Assembly (NCBI RefSeq): GCF_001194135.2
Contig: NC_068991.1
Coordinates: 53,078,707 to 53,119,069, forward strand
Source of the DNA: Octopus bimaculoides
Taxonomy: Eukaryota
Length of the DNA: 40,363 nt
Reading direction: 5' to 3'
The position numbers and the translations under genes are program-made. The notes under the pieces were generated by a model. It was not told the DNA's origin. It saw nothing but the letters and a program-made list of their open reading frames with translations, and did not search any database. This document shows, piece by piece, positions 24,720-37,944 of this stretch (its first letter is position 1; each line of letters begins with the position of its first letter).

Positions 24720-25262
24720 GATATATATATATATATATATATGTATAACAATTACTTTTTCCTAGAGACATGCTTTAACAAAAGCTAAAGGGTGCCTCGC
24801 TCTCAGAGGTTTTCCAGTACAATGGACACAAACCTGGAATTTCTGAAGGTCTATGCTATTGCTTGATGGTTATGGAACCTACACAAGGTTCATCTGTCCT
24901 TTTTGACATATATGCAGGGAAAGGCATTGAACATTTTGGGAATCTTTTGCTTCTGTTCAAGATCATGGCTCTCCCATACTGGCACTGCATATTTTGCTCA
25001 GGCTTGTCTCTGGATCATGTCAGTAGGGTGGATAGGGTCTGTGCAAACTTTATTGGACCTAAAATTGTGCCATCACCAGCAAGGTAACTTTCTGATGCCT
25101 GATTGAGTAGGAGGGTACTGCATGTGCATGGAATGCAAATCAGAGTGATGCTGACTGCAGGTGCAATAACCTCATGCATGGGCATTGCTGGCATTTTGCA
25201 TGGACAATGGTCAGTGAGTCTTCTTTGGTCATGAGGACAACTATCATCATCATCATATATAT

Positions 25263-25618
25263 TGTTGGCACTCCGTCGCTTACGACGAGGGTTCCAGTTG
25301 ATCCGATCAACGGAACAGCCTGCTCGTGAAATTAACGTGCAAGTGGCTGAGCACTCCACAGACACATGTACCCTTAACGTAGTTCTTGGTGATATTCAGC
25401 ATGACAAGGCTGACCCTTTGAAATACAGGTACAACAGAAACAGGAAGTAAGAGTGAGAGAAAGTTGTAGTGAAAGAGTACAGCAAGGTTCGCCACCATCC
25501 CCTGCCGGAGCCTTGTGGAGCTTTTAGGTGTTTTCGCTCAATAAACACTCACAACGCCCGGTCTGGGAATCGAAACCGCGAGTCCGCTGCCCTAACCACT
25601 GGACCATTGCGCCTCCAC
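25263..25618 (-). mobile_element. tRNA-headed octopus SINE, family B, second full-length copy with TSD
   Basis: Highly similar to 21838-22223. TSD CATCATATATAT at 25251-25262 and 25619-25630. Confidence 0.9.
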
Positions 25619-27181
25619 CATCATATATATACACATACAAGAATGTACTTTCATAGGCACGTGGTTAAGAAATTCAATTTGGGCCCTGTCATACTTTTAC
25701 CCCACATCACTTGGTTCATAGTCTTACAAACTAAATAGCAGCCTTACTAATGCTGGTACACAAAAAACAAAGCAACCAGTATATGGTGTAAAATGGTTTG
25801 TGTTAGGAAAGGCGTCCAGCCATAGAAACCATGCCAAAGCAGAGTGTGGAACACAATGCAGTCCATGTGAAATGATATTTTAAAGTAAATATTCTTGGAC
25901 AAAACAAATACCTATTTATCTATTTCTAGTTGGTTATCATTGTCATTACATATAGGGTTGTCTTAATTATGTTGTTTTGTCTCTCATCGTCCATTCTTTA
26001 CAACTTGTTAAAACAAAAAAGTTGCAGAAGTTTAGGGAACAAATAACTTCAACAAGCCCCTACACAGTTGCCCACCTGCTAGAAATTGCAACCAAATCTA
26101 CTTCATATCACATCTTGAAAAGGAAATGGAACAATGCATGTGTCTGAACACTAGATGGTTGTGACTGGAATACCCTTTATCAAAGATTTGCTCAATTTTT
26201 GCTGGCTTAGGGCAAAAAAAAAAATTTCATTTTTACACACAAAACAGTCATCAAATGTTTACCATAGCTACTTTGATGAAGGTTTTTATTAAGAAAAATG
26301 AAAGCATTATGTGGCTTGAATTCCTTTTAATGCTTTTCATATGATATTTCTGCTGGATTACACTACTTATGTTAATTTTGACAAAAAATGTTTTCAAAAT
26401 AACTCATTTAAGTAGGTGTTCCAAGGCAGCAAGCTGGCAGAATCATTAGCATGCCAGACAAAATGTTTCAAAATGCTTAGTGGCATTTCGTCTGTCTGAG
26501 TTCAAATTCTGCCACGGTCAGCTTTGCCTTTCATCCTTCAGGGGTTGAGCACTGGGGGTCAATGTAATCGCCTTAGCTCTTTCCCCAAAACTGTTGGCCC
26601 TGTGTCAAAATTTGAAACCATTATTAAGCAGGTGTTTCAAGGCGGTGAAGTGGTAGAATCATTAGTATGGCGTTTCATCTGACTTTTTCCACCAGTTGAC
26701 TTTGCCTTTCATCCTTTTGGGGCCAATACATATATTATCCATTCATGTAAAGTCTTGTTAGGGTTGAACTTTCAGGGAGATTTCTTAACATGTACAACTA
26801 ATCGCACCAAAAATTTGATTAAGGAAATATAACAAGAGATATACACATTTACAGATAAATGGATTTTCAGCATTTAACACCATAAGTGTGACTGGTATCA
26901 ATTTTAGAGTCAAAGTTGTCGTCAAGTACAGTAAGATACTTTGTCAAGGATAGAATTTTATTTAAGAAAATATCAAATTGTTTTAAGAGGGAAAATATTT
27001 TGATTTCAATAAAATTCCCCCAAAATGTTAACTTGTACTTGAGATAATGAAAGGAAAAAGCAAGAAGGCATGGCAGTTTTTAAAAGGATGTTGTAGTATA
27101 TGGAAAAGAACATTGTTATAAATTAATGCAATATTCAGGTGGAATTGCCAAAAACAAATGAACATTTGAAATACCTTTAAT

Positions 27182-27187
27182 TTTATT
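27182..27187 (-). terminator. Candidate most distal poly(A) signal of PPP1CB
   Basis: Minus-strand AATAAA followed by U-rich tgttcatttgtttttgg, near the far edge of the repeat-poor block. Confidence 0.3.
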
Positions 27188-28779
27188 TACACAATTTGAA
27201 TGCTATGAAAGCATTCTACAAATGATAGAGAAAATTTGTTAAAAAAAAAAAAAAAAAGATTGTTCCAAGTATAATTTTACAATCATCAGCTCATGTGTAC
27301 ACAGCCATGTTTAAGTAGTGTTGATGGATACTAATAATATAATCTGCATTAGACTAAGGAGTTTAACGTCATACACACCTTGCACTAAATTCTTAATACA
27401 TGCAGGAAAGCCATGTTCAAAATATACCTTCTTTAAAATGAAGTGTTTCAACCAAAGCAATAAAACAGTAAAAGAAATTGCTTCCAAAAGATACAGAAAT
27501 AAAATACAGCAATTATTGTGGGTAACAATTATTAACAACACAACTGCCATACAATGGCTGCTTAAGAGTAACTAACATCAATAAACAATAGGACATTCAG
27601 TTTTAGCTTCAATTAAAAAGAATAAAGAATGCCTATTAGCTGCTTTTTAAGACACTTGAAATATTGAAAGACTTTATTTGTAGTTTTTGAACCATATGAA
27701 ACAATTTGGTGAGGATCTGCAGTTGTAATATTAGAGAATAAGAAGTATGCACTTAGCCTTGAACGGCATCTCATCAGGTCTGAAAAAATATTTACAATTC
27801 ACATCTATAAAAAGGAAATCTCTAATTCATTTAAAATAATGCAACTTTATATTTTTAACTATCAACTTCTTCAATTCGAAACAATTCACAAAGAAATTTT
27901 ACTTCATCAAATAAATTATTAATGATATTATTGAGTAAAACACTGCATCAGTTAAAGCATTTCACAAATGTAATTCTATATTTCGAAAGTGAGACTGGAG
28001 GGAGCAGGAAGATCAGATTAGTGCTACTTTAGGTCCCATTATACAGCTTTATTATTGTGTGAAGTAGTAAAGGTTTCTTATGTAAGCACGAAAACTCAGA
28101 ATCAATGAGGAAAAATGGCAAGCTGTCATATTCCTGCCTTTCTTAAAACCATTATTGATGTGTGTAGCAGTTCAGATTGGAAATTGAAACTACAAGGCAG
28201 GCTCTATTTATGGAGAACTTAGTCCTATTATGGCATCAAACACGTGTCAAATTCGCTAAATTTTAATGAATTTCAGTTCAGCTGGATAATCTAGTAGTAA
28301 TTTTTATCAAATTAACTACACTTTGCTTTTTAAGTGTTTTTATAATGATAGAATTAGCATAAATGCTAATTAACTGATGAAAATTATAAATTTATGTTCA
28401 GATCTTTATCATTTAAGATGAAGAATAGCTAATCAAAATGTTTTGCAATGTTTTTTACTTTACTTAAAAGTTATGAATAAATTCAATGTCAGTCTTTACT
28501 GCTGGTTCACATTGTTTATTTTGGTGCACTTTAAGAGAGAATAAATAAAAATGGTTTACAGCATCGAAAAATACTGAGATCTATTGTCTAATAGTTATCA
28601 GACAAAAGTAATTAATGTTAAAATTTTACCATTATCCAACTGTTTCTCTAAACACTAAAACGTAATTACAACCTTGTAGTAAAATTTCTAGGGAAAGGAA
28701 AAAAAAAAAAAATTAGGGTGCATACTTCAAAGCGAACATATACACATTCACACACACAAACAAATATTCAAAAATACTG

Positions 28780-28785
28780 TTTATT
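28780..28785 (-). terminator. Candidate distal poly(A) signal of PPP1CB
   Basis: Minus-strand AATAAA followed ~15-40 nt later by GU-rich tttgtttgtgtgtgtgaatgtgt. Confidence 0.35.
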
Positions 28786-28875
28786 AAAATTAATCACTTG
28801 ATATATAGCACAAAGAAAGAAAAATATCAACTATTTAGAGGAGGGAAAATAATACAAGATATTAACACTTTAGAT

Positions 28876-29204
28876 CAGTGGTTCTCAACCAGGGTTCATG
28901 CAAGGGATCCACAGTAGTATTTTAAGGGTCCATGAAAAAAATTTTGCTTTAGATGTATTTATTGCAAGAAACAACTAGGTTTATTTCTGTAACATTCTAC
29001 AAAGTTCAACATGTTTCCAGCCACTAAAACGTTCTCTTAGTGCTATTGCAAACTTACCTAAGTGAAAGTGTGAAAAACAAAATGAGAATTTTGAAAGAAG
29101 TATCTTTAAAACTAGTTTTTAAACATTGAAAGCCTATGAGGGTCCACAAGAATAAAATAGTAATCAAAGGGAGTCCATAAATAGAAAATGGTTGAGAACC
29201 ATTG
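28876..29204. mobile_element. hAT (Charlie-like) MITE, 329 bp
   Basis: TIR CAGTGGTTCTCAACC ... GGTTGAGAACCATTG (1 mismatch in 15). Perfect 8-bp TSD CTTTAGAT at 28868-28875 and 29205-29212. No ORF. Confidence 0.92.
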
Positions 29205-31761
29205 CTTTAGATGGTATATAAAAACCTTATTTCAACATATCAGCTACATTACTAATACTGTACTGTGACCAAAGGCAAAAAGAGTTAATTTTCACTGGCC
29301 CACTAATCAAAGCTGCGAATAGGTATTAACAGTAGGAGCATTGAAAAATGTGTGTTGTTAGTTTGCAATATTGTGTTCAAGCTCTATAGTTCTGAAAACA
29401 AAAAAAACAATGCATCAGAAAGCTACTCAAGTAAATCTGCTGCAAGAGTTTTGCTGAAATTAGCATGACCACCACCAAGAACAATCACTTGGTGGTTAAA
29501 AAGAATAGAAGCAAAGTTAAGAGGAGACAGTGCAATCGTTTATAAACAAATTGACTTCAGTAATTTGGTAGAATTAAGAAATGAATTGCAAACAGAAAAC
29601 ATGCAATTACTAATTTCAAAACCCTTGAAAATTCTGACCTTTAAATATTTTTTATTTATCTATTTTCTTCTATTTCATTGTCTTTGGAAGAAAGGTGAGA
29701 GACAGAAGCATTTCTAGATGATTGAACACCTTTGCATTGAAGTACATTAGCACACATTTTCTGCCAATGAGAAAATATGTTTTGTTTATTTTCTGTAAAT
29801 AAAAAAACCTAATTGCACAATTTTGAATGTAAGCAATTTTCCAGGCAAAGTTTCAAGAAGCTCGTTTGAATATTTTTATGAAATCAAATATCAAAATGCA
29901 AGAGTAGAGGTTTTAGACATAAACTATCCTATTAGACTGTAATATAGGGATTGGAAATGTTCCAGTAAAACATATTTAAATCATTTAAGAGATGGTAATT
30001 TTCTTCAGAACGTAGGTTTTGAAGATGTGCTTATGTACATTTTCAAATCTTTTTTTAACATTATATAGCATTATTACAAATGGCCACCAGTTATAAAAGT
30101 TTTACAAAAAAAAAAAAAAAAAAAACCAAAGAACAGAGAAAAACAACCCAAGTCTCACATATATGAAATGTGCATTCACAAAGTCAGTGTTTTTCATACA
30201 AAATCACAATACACACAATAAAAATATAATTGGTTCAGATATTCTTTTGTGGCAATCAGTTTAGTAATTCCCTATTTGTAGGTTTCATGCTCCATAAATT
30301 ATTAGAGAAAGGGGATTTAGAGCCAGTTCCTATATGTAATACAACCATGAAGTAGGAGTTGTGGGTAGCTAGAGTTAGGCAGACTGAGAAAAACGAGGTA
30401 ATATGTATTGCCTTGAGACACAGCACTATGGGTTGTAACAGGGACATAGGGTCAGCAGTTCAGGATTTTTACCTCACAACCATTGTTCTACTTCAGAAAT
30501 TTGGTTAAACATTGTAATACTGATGATTAACTTTTGAAAATTCAAATTGAATGTTTTTAATATTACAATTACTAATATAATGCTAATTAGAAATAATTTA
30601 AATGAACAAATTAAGTAGAATTATAAAATGAATAATTGTATTAAATTTGCATAGAAAAGTTGTTTGTATAAATGTTTTCTTTTTTAAGAAAATTAAATTG
30701 TGAACATTACAAAATTTCATGTTGTTAACTATAAGATATCTAAGAGAGTTAACATCACAAGACTTTAAAATAATCAATATTGCTAGTGATTGGATTCAAC
30801 AGCAATTTAAAAAAGTTAATTTTGATTGTAGACAGCCTTTAAGAAATCGTAATAAATTGAATGGTTTATTGAAAAAATAAAACTAGCATTTAGGATTATA
30901 AAAAAACTGTATCAATTAAAATCTAAAATTTAATATGACTTTTAAAATACCCCAAAGATAAAACAATTAATTAAAAGATCATCAATGTATGGAACTTAAA
31001 ATCTAACAATCATGAAAATCAATTCTAGCATTTAGAAACAAATTCACAACATGAAATATGATGCAATGAACAAAAAAGACAAAATAAAAGGTAAGAAAAA
31101 AAAGGAGAAAAAACCCCATCAGATAATTAAATGTAAATTATTGCAAATTTTAATGCATTCTGTACAAAATGTATAAAACTATAAAATTGAAATATGAAGT
31201 AATGCAGGAGAAAGAAATTAAATTTGTTTATGTTTTACCAAATTGACCAGGCTTGTGGCAGCAGTGTACTGCCACACTAGTGTAAACATACACTTACAGA
31301 GAGGCACAGCAGTTGTAGTTGGTAGGTAGAGATATGGAGTAATAATAATATTATTTGAAGCACCATATAAATATAATCGCTGAATCATTTTGGACTTTAC
31401 TATCTTTAAGAATATGGCATCAAAATTAATGAGAAAGCATCCCTAACTGGCAATAGGTAAATGGATATCTTTTTATATACACATTCGTACACACACACAA
31501 ATTAACTAAAAGAGAATTATTTTGCACAGATTCACTTCATCTTAAAATGTTATACACTAAATAGTATATCAACAATAATACATAAGTAATAATGCCATTA
31601 CTCATTGCAATATAAATTGCTGGATAAAGAGGACAGTTCTATAAATCAATGAAATAGTGAAGTATTGGGTATAAAAGTCACATCTTTTAAATCTAGGTGG
31701 GAAGATAAATAACACACACACACATACAAAATGAAATGAAATAAAAAAATATCTTTTTTTT

Positions 31762-31767
31762 TTTATT
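31762..31767 (-). terminator. Candidate proximal poly(A) signal of PPP1CB
   Basis: Minus-strand AATAAA ~300 nt after the stop codon, followed by a U/GU-rich tract (ttttgtatgtgtgtgtgtg). AATAAA is common in AT-rich DNA, so support is weak. Confidence 0.4.
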
Positions 31768-32065
31768 TGCTCTGTATATATTTACTGTTTACTTTTTTTG
31801 TCTTAAAAAGGCTATATTCTTCATTTTACAAATAGCTAGCTCACTTAAAATTATTTTCTCTTCTTGGTTGCGGTAATTTTTATATTTCTCTCTTCCTTTC
31901 ATTTAATATGAAAATTAAGTTGTAGGTAAAACTGTAAACCTTTCAAATGGAAAGTTCATTAAAAAAAATATATTTTACTCGAATCCCATAATATACAGTC
32001 TAGCTATCAGTAATCAGCCCATTTATGGGAATTAATCTACAACTGATTGATTTTTAGGATATTTG

Positions 32066-32176
32066 TCATTTCTTCTTCTGTTGTTGCTTTATGGTACCTC
32101 GAGGAGGAGTGTTTGGTCGACCAGAATTCAAACCACTGTATTGATATTTTGCTTTCTTTTCAGAGGGTTTTAGAAT
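32066..32176 (-). CDS. PPP1CB: PP1 catalytic subunit beta-type, terminal coding exon (36 aa plus TGA)
   Basis: Translates to [36 protein letters not shown], matching the PP1-beta tail [26 protein letters not shown] (recalled). Acceptor tttcaatttttccctag. Confidence 0.97.
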   Translation of the reverse strand: MLKPSEKKAKYQYSGLNSGRPNTPPRGTIKQQQKKK

Positions 32177-32674
32177 CTAGGGAAAAATTGAAATTGAAAT
32201 CCATAAACAATTTATTCTCTCACAGACATTACCAGTTAGAAGAATAAATAGAAAAAAGGTCAACAGAAACAATTAACAAAAAAAAAGCTTATAAAATTTT
32301 CATAAATAATTGTCTTGCAAATTACTTGGTGACCTGAATGGTGCTGGTGTCATGAAAAATCACACCTGCGTACACATTGTAAAGAGGTTGGCATTAGGAA
32401 GGGCATCCAGCCACAGCAGACACCAAGGTCTAACACAACTCTTCAGCTTGTTGTAGCCTGTCAAACTCTCCAATCCATGCCAGCATGGAAAATGGACATT
32501 AAATGATAATGATGAATTTGCTGTAATGTATATTAAATTAGTGCAGGAGGAAAATATCTAATCATTTTGAACACTTGACTTTCTTTGGAGGGAGAAAAAT
32601 CTAAGACACTTACACAACAGGTTATGTAAGTAATTAAGGGTTCTTAAAGATTGTCAGTATGTTATAGGTTTGTA

Positions 32675-32880
32675 AAGGTGGCAAGCTGGCAGAACTGTTA
32701 GCATGCCAAGCAAAATGCTTAAGAGCACTTCACCCATCTTTATGTTCTGAGTTCAAATGCAGCAGTGGTTGACTTTGCCTTTTATCCTCTCAGAGTCAAT
32801 AAAATAAGTACCAGCTGAACACTGGGGTTGATGCAATTGATTTACCTCCTCCCCTGAAATTGCTGGTTTTGTGCTAAAAT
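32675..32880 (+). mobile_element. tRNA-headed SINE family D (core may be Meta-domain-like)
   Basis: ggtggcaagctggcagaactgttagc...ctgagttcaaat...gactttgccttttatcc...aaaataagtaccag...ctggggttgatgcaat. Other copies: 26424-26619 (+), 26639-26730 (+), 32995-33070 (+), 36540-36690 (-). The domain name is from recall only. Confidence 0.75.
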
Positions 32881-35171
32881 GTTATAGGTTTGTTTACTAA
32901 AAATAGGGGAGATGTATAGGATTGCTGAAGCAGTATGTTCACTACTGGTACTGCAACCACCAACATCATTATTTGTAGATGTGTTCCATTATTGTAGCTA
33001 CTGAGTTCAAACCTCTTTGTACTTAACACCTTTCATCCTTCTGCAGTTGAAGTGAGTATCAGTCAAATATTGATGCTGACTAAATCATCAAGACTCATTG
33101 GGCAAGTGTCTTCAGCTATAGACCTGGGCTGACCCAAAGCCTTGTAAATTGATTTGGTGGACAGAAACTGTATGAAGCCTAATGTGTGTGTGTGTGTCTT
33201 CTTGTCTTGACATCATGTGATAGTCATAAAAAAGTATCACTGTCATTCATTTCTTCTATTCTGCAGAAACATGTCTGGTCATTGGGAAATATTAACTTAC
33301 TTGGAAACAAGCATTTAATAACCAGAAGGGCATCCAGCTCTAAAACAATCTGCCTCAACAAATTCCATCTGATCCATGTAAACATGGAAAAGTGAATGTT
33401 AAAATAGTGGTGATGATGATGATATCAAATTTACTATTATTAGTCATACTGTAAAGTTATATATAAATATGTCAACTGTAAAGAGTGGTAAGGTTTATAA
33501 AGACAGAGAAGGAATATATAAAATACAGAAACTTATATGGCATATTATTCAGGTTGGTGGTAATGTGTTAAATGGCATGTGCAAACACAGAACTGAAATA
33601 TGCCACTTAGTTGGTGAAGGAAAAATAATCTCAAGACTTATTGTTAGTTACTGTCAAAGAAAAAAAAAAGGGAGTGGGTATTTTAATGTTTTACAGAAAA
33701 CTGAATGGTTCTTGCTATTCACTTTAACTAATTTGCTTGTTGAATAGTACTACTTGGAAGGAAACCTGATCTCTGATAGAGAATGTGGTAGCTATGAGGG
33801 GTTCTGGTTCAGTATATACTTCATCAACAAAATGCAATCTTTTCAAGCCTGTATTGACTGGGGAAAGTTTTTACAAGTAGGAAAGTGTCAGGCAAATGAT
33901 GATAATGCTTCATGTACTGAATATATTTACACAATATAATTAAATTAATTCAAGTGTTTGTCTCTTAAGTGAATAAAGGGAAAAAAATGTAACAGTGGTT
34001 TGTGATTATGACAGAGAAGGGGAGATAATGTCCATTAATTAAGAATTAAATATAAAAACTGATAGAGGGAGGGGTGAAAATTGTTCATTTCACATAGAAC
34101 AACGTATTTGGTGTTGGTGGCACTATTAAACATACCCAGTCCACCATACTGTAAGACGTACACAACATCCACCAAATAACCTTAAAAAATAGGAGGACAC
34201 ATTTGACTATGCAGTCCTTGATCAAGAAAATGACAGGATATTACTGTTGAAAGCCTTCACCATAGAACTACTTTATCAAAACCATCTTAGAGCTGAACAA
34301 CAGAACCATGTACACACACACACATTCATAATCATTTAATGTGTTCTGCATGCTGGCATGGGTTCGATAGGAGCTGATGAGGCTGGGAACTGCATCAGGT
34401 TCCATTGTTTTGGCATGGTTCCTACAGCTGGATACCCTTCCTAATACCAACCACTTTACAGTGTGTGTGTGTGTGCATGTATGTATGTATGTATAATACG
34501 GATTAGAAGTGTTAAGAGGTGATACATACAAATATAAATATGGTACCAGTTCAAATATGCTCAAGACATAAACCCATACGAAAGCCATTCATGGTCAAGA
34601 AGATAAATTCTCACTACAGATTAAGTGTAAACACACCATGCCAGTCCAAAGTGCCCTCTAACTAGACTAATGGATGTATGCATTTCGGGCAACAGAGAAA
34701 AAAGAGGTACTATGAACTGGTCTATCTTATTATTATATTCCAGTCAATGTATTGTGACTGGTTACACTAATCAGTAAGCTGACCATAAAATACAGATAAG
34801 ACTTTGTGTGTTTACATTTATTTGTCTACAACAAGAAATTTTTTCCATGACAAAACGCAGTAAATGGTTTTCTTACAGGTTTGAACATGCCTGAAGCTTA
34901 TTTGAACTAGTAACAAGTATATGTATATGGCTGAAAATAGATTAAAATGTAGAGGTAATGCATTTTCCCATGTGAATTAGAAGAATGTATTGCATTCATT
35001 GACATTGGTGTTTGGGGGAAAACACTTTCTATCTTTGTTTACAATTCAAGTACTGTGTTTTTTTATGTAGCACCAGTACTGGTGCTTTTCATAGTATCAG
35101 CACCGGTGCTTTTTACATCGTACCAACACTGGCAGAGTCACATTGGAACATAATACAAAATAAGAAAATTA

Positions 35172-35375
<204 letters not shown>

Positions 35376-35629
35376 TTAAAGTAAATTCTCATTAAGCTCA
35401 ACTAAATACATTATATATTACAATATTACAGAATTATTAGTTTTGTTAAAAAGTAAAAATATTCATCAACATAAGACACACACACACACACACTTGGCAG
35501 TTTACAGAAATGTATCACTGAGCCATACTTCATGAAAAGTAAACATTATTTTATACTGTTGAACAAACAAGATATGATCTTACTATAACTACTATGAAAC
35601 AGCTGGAAACAACAGTGTAATGCTTCATC

Positions 35630-36140
35630 ATCATCATTATTATTGATGAGAGAGCAGCACACAACCTCCAAGTCATACTGGGGCCCAAATATAGCCATCA
35701 TGACTATCCGTCTGAAAAGGGTACACCAGACATATGCATCATATATGGCTGGTGTGCATAACATGGTGACCTCATATCAAGATAAATAATGTATAACCTT
35801 GCAGGTAGGACCCATTTGAGTAGCCTATCATGGTTAAAAGGTCCTTGGATAAGTATTGTTTAAGGATAATGAATGAAATACCCATTATTCAAATCCCAAA
35901 GAATCCCTCTCAACACATTGCTATGATGGTCCTCAACTACTCCTGCTCATGATCAGAGATGCACATATTGTTAGCCACTCAACTGGTTACGGTCAAGCAA
36001 GTGACAAGCAAATCTGGTATTGAGCAGAATTTGCTGTAGCCCATGTTTTACACAAAGACAAAACATGTACATATTAACACTTCCAATCAGCTGAGATCAG
36101 AAGCCACAAGAGCTACTACCTGGTATTGCATCAGGACATC
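35630..36140 (-). mobile_element. Unclassified retroposon-like interspersed repeat with an (AAT/GAT)n tail
   Basis: Higher-GC block ending on the minus strand in ctctctcatcaataataatgatgatg. I recall it as a dispersed octopus repeat, but it is single-copy in this window. Confidence 0.35.
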
Positions 36141-37180
36141 TATGGGAGCTACTGTCTTGTATTATTATTATTATTCATGGTTTAAAATTCACTTTCCATG
36201 TTGGCATGGGTTGGACAGTTTGACATGGAGCTGGCCTGCTGGGGAGCTGTCCAGACTCCAATTGTCTGTTGTGGCATGGTTTCTACAGTTGGAGGTATTT
36301 CCTAATGCCAACCACCCACACAGGATTATTATTATACAGTAGTGGCTCGTAGATAAAATTAATGGGAGTGTTGCTTCAGAAAATTTTCAGCCATTGTTTT
36401 AATATTGTGTAGAAGGAAACAAACATAAAAATAGAATTTATACATAAACTTGATTGGTTCGCGTTTTAGCCATTGCCAGGTCGTGTGTTTAACTTGTTCA
36501 TTGAACACCGCCATGAATTCCCCCTTGTTTTTCAAAAACGTAAAGACAGACGAAATCCCATTAAGCATTTCACTCGGCGCGCTAACATTTCTTATTTCTT
36601 TACTGCTCACAAGGGACTAAACAAGGACAAAGGGATTAAGTCGATTACATTGACCCCAGTGTATAACTGGTACTTATCTAATCGCTAACAGCGTTAGAAA
36701 ATAAACATTGATTTTAGAAATATATTCTTTATTCTTATAGCTAAAGCGTTACTCCCTTACTCACTGACATGAAATTTCGTAACATTTTGCCTCATAGCTA
36801 TTCTTCTACTAAGTTTTGTTCAATGCGACTAGTGATTCTGAATTCCTCATGCATTTTTCTATCATTTAAGCCTAAGAAAGGTATACTTTTAATTTAAAAT
36901 TAAAAAGTTTATGTTAATTGAAGGTGAATAGGTGCCTTACAACCCACCTCCCTTGAGGTCACAGATATTTTGATGTAACTTTTTTTCTACTGAACCAAGT
37001 CTCAAACTATTTATGCCAAAGTGTAGCTGAAGAGGTGCCCTCTTTAAAACTATTAACAGTTTGCAATTTAGTTGAGAACTGAATTAGTGGTAAAGCTTGG
37101 AAACTGGTGCAATTGATGAAGTGGTGGACATAATATATTCAACCACTACTGTGGCTGAATGATATATATTTATATATATA

Positions 37181-37467
37181 TAGATGTATGTCTACATGCA
37201 TATGTATATATAGATTTATATATATAGATGTATGTCTACATGCATATGTATATATAGATTTATATATATAGATGTATGTCTACATGCATATGTATATATA
37301 GATTTATATATATACATATATGTCTACATGCATATGTATATATAGATTTATATATATACATATATGTCTACATGCATATGTATATATAGATTTATATATA
37401 TAGATGTATGTCTACATGCATATGTATATATAGATTTATATATATAGATGTATGTCTACATGCATAT
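37181..37467. repeat. 44-bp minisatellite, ~6.5 copies, running into a gap
   Basis: Unit tagatgtatgtctacatgcatatgtatatatagatttatatata, starting at 37181, 37225, 37269 and onward. Confidence 0.9.
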
Positions 37468-37850
37468 NNNNNNNNNNNNNNNNNNNNNNNNNNNNNNNNN
37501 NNNNNNNNNNNNNNNNNNNNNNNNNNNNNNNNNNNNNNNNNNNNNNNNNNNNNNNNNNNNNNNNNNNNNNNNNNNNNNNNNNNNNNNNNNNNNNNNNNNN
37601 NNNNNNNNNNNNNNNNNNNNNNNNNNNNNNNNNNNNNNNNNNNNNNNNNNNNNNNNNNNNNNNNNNNNNNNNNNNNNNNNNNNNNNNNNNNNNNNNNNNN
37701 NNNNNNNNNNNNNNNNNNNNNNNNNNNNNNNNNNNNNNNNNNNNNNNNNNNNNNNNNNNNNNNNNNNNNNNNNNNNNNNNNNNNNNNNNNNNNNNNNNNN
37801 NNNNNNNNNNNNNNNNNNNNNNNNNNNNNNNNNNNNNNNNNNNNNNNNNN

Positions 37851-37944
37851 ATGTTTAATATGACACAGTAATACTTAGAATTATAATTAAATTAAAATTT
37901 TAATTTAATTATAATTCTAAGTATTACTGTGTCATATTAAACAT
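37851..37944. repeat. Perfect 94-bp palindrome (2 x 47 nt, no spacer)
   Basis: 37851-37897 is the exact reverse complement of 37898-37944. It starts immediately after the gap at 37468-37850. Confidence 0.95.

Noticed and set aside
24863-25087. 74-aa ORF in a higher-GC segment (24780-25250)
   Set aside because: No recognisable motif in any frame and no convincing splice sites. Probably decayed repeat.
21838-25618. tRNA-like A/B boxes in SINE heads
   Set aside because: No complete cloverleaf. They are SINE 5' ends, not tRNA genes.
36117-36131. ACCTGGTATTGCA match to the U2 snRNA 3' region
   Set aside because: Only 13 nt, with no U2 5' stem, branch-pairing region or Sm site around it.
37181-37467. 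Regular 44-bp periodicity suggestive of a CRISPR array
   Set aside because: Head-to-tail tandem units without unique spacers, in a eukaryotic intron with no cas genes.
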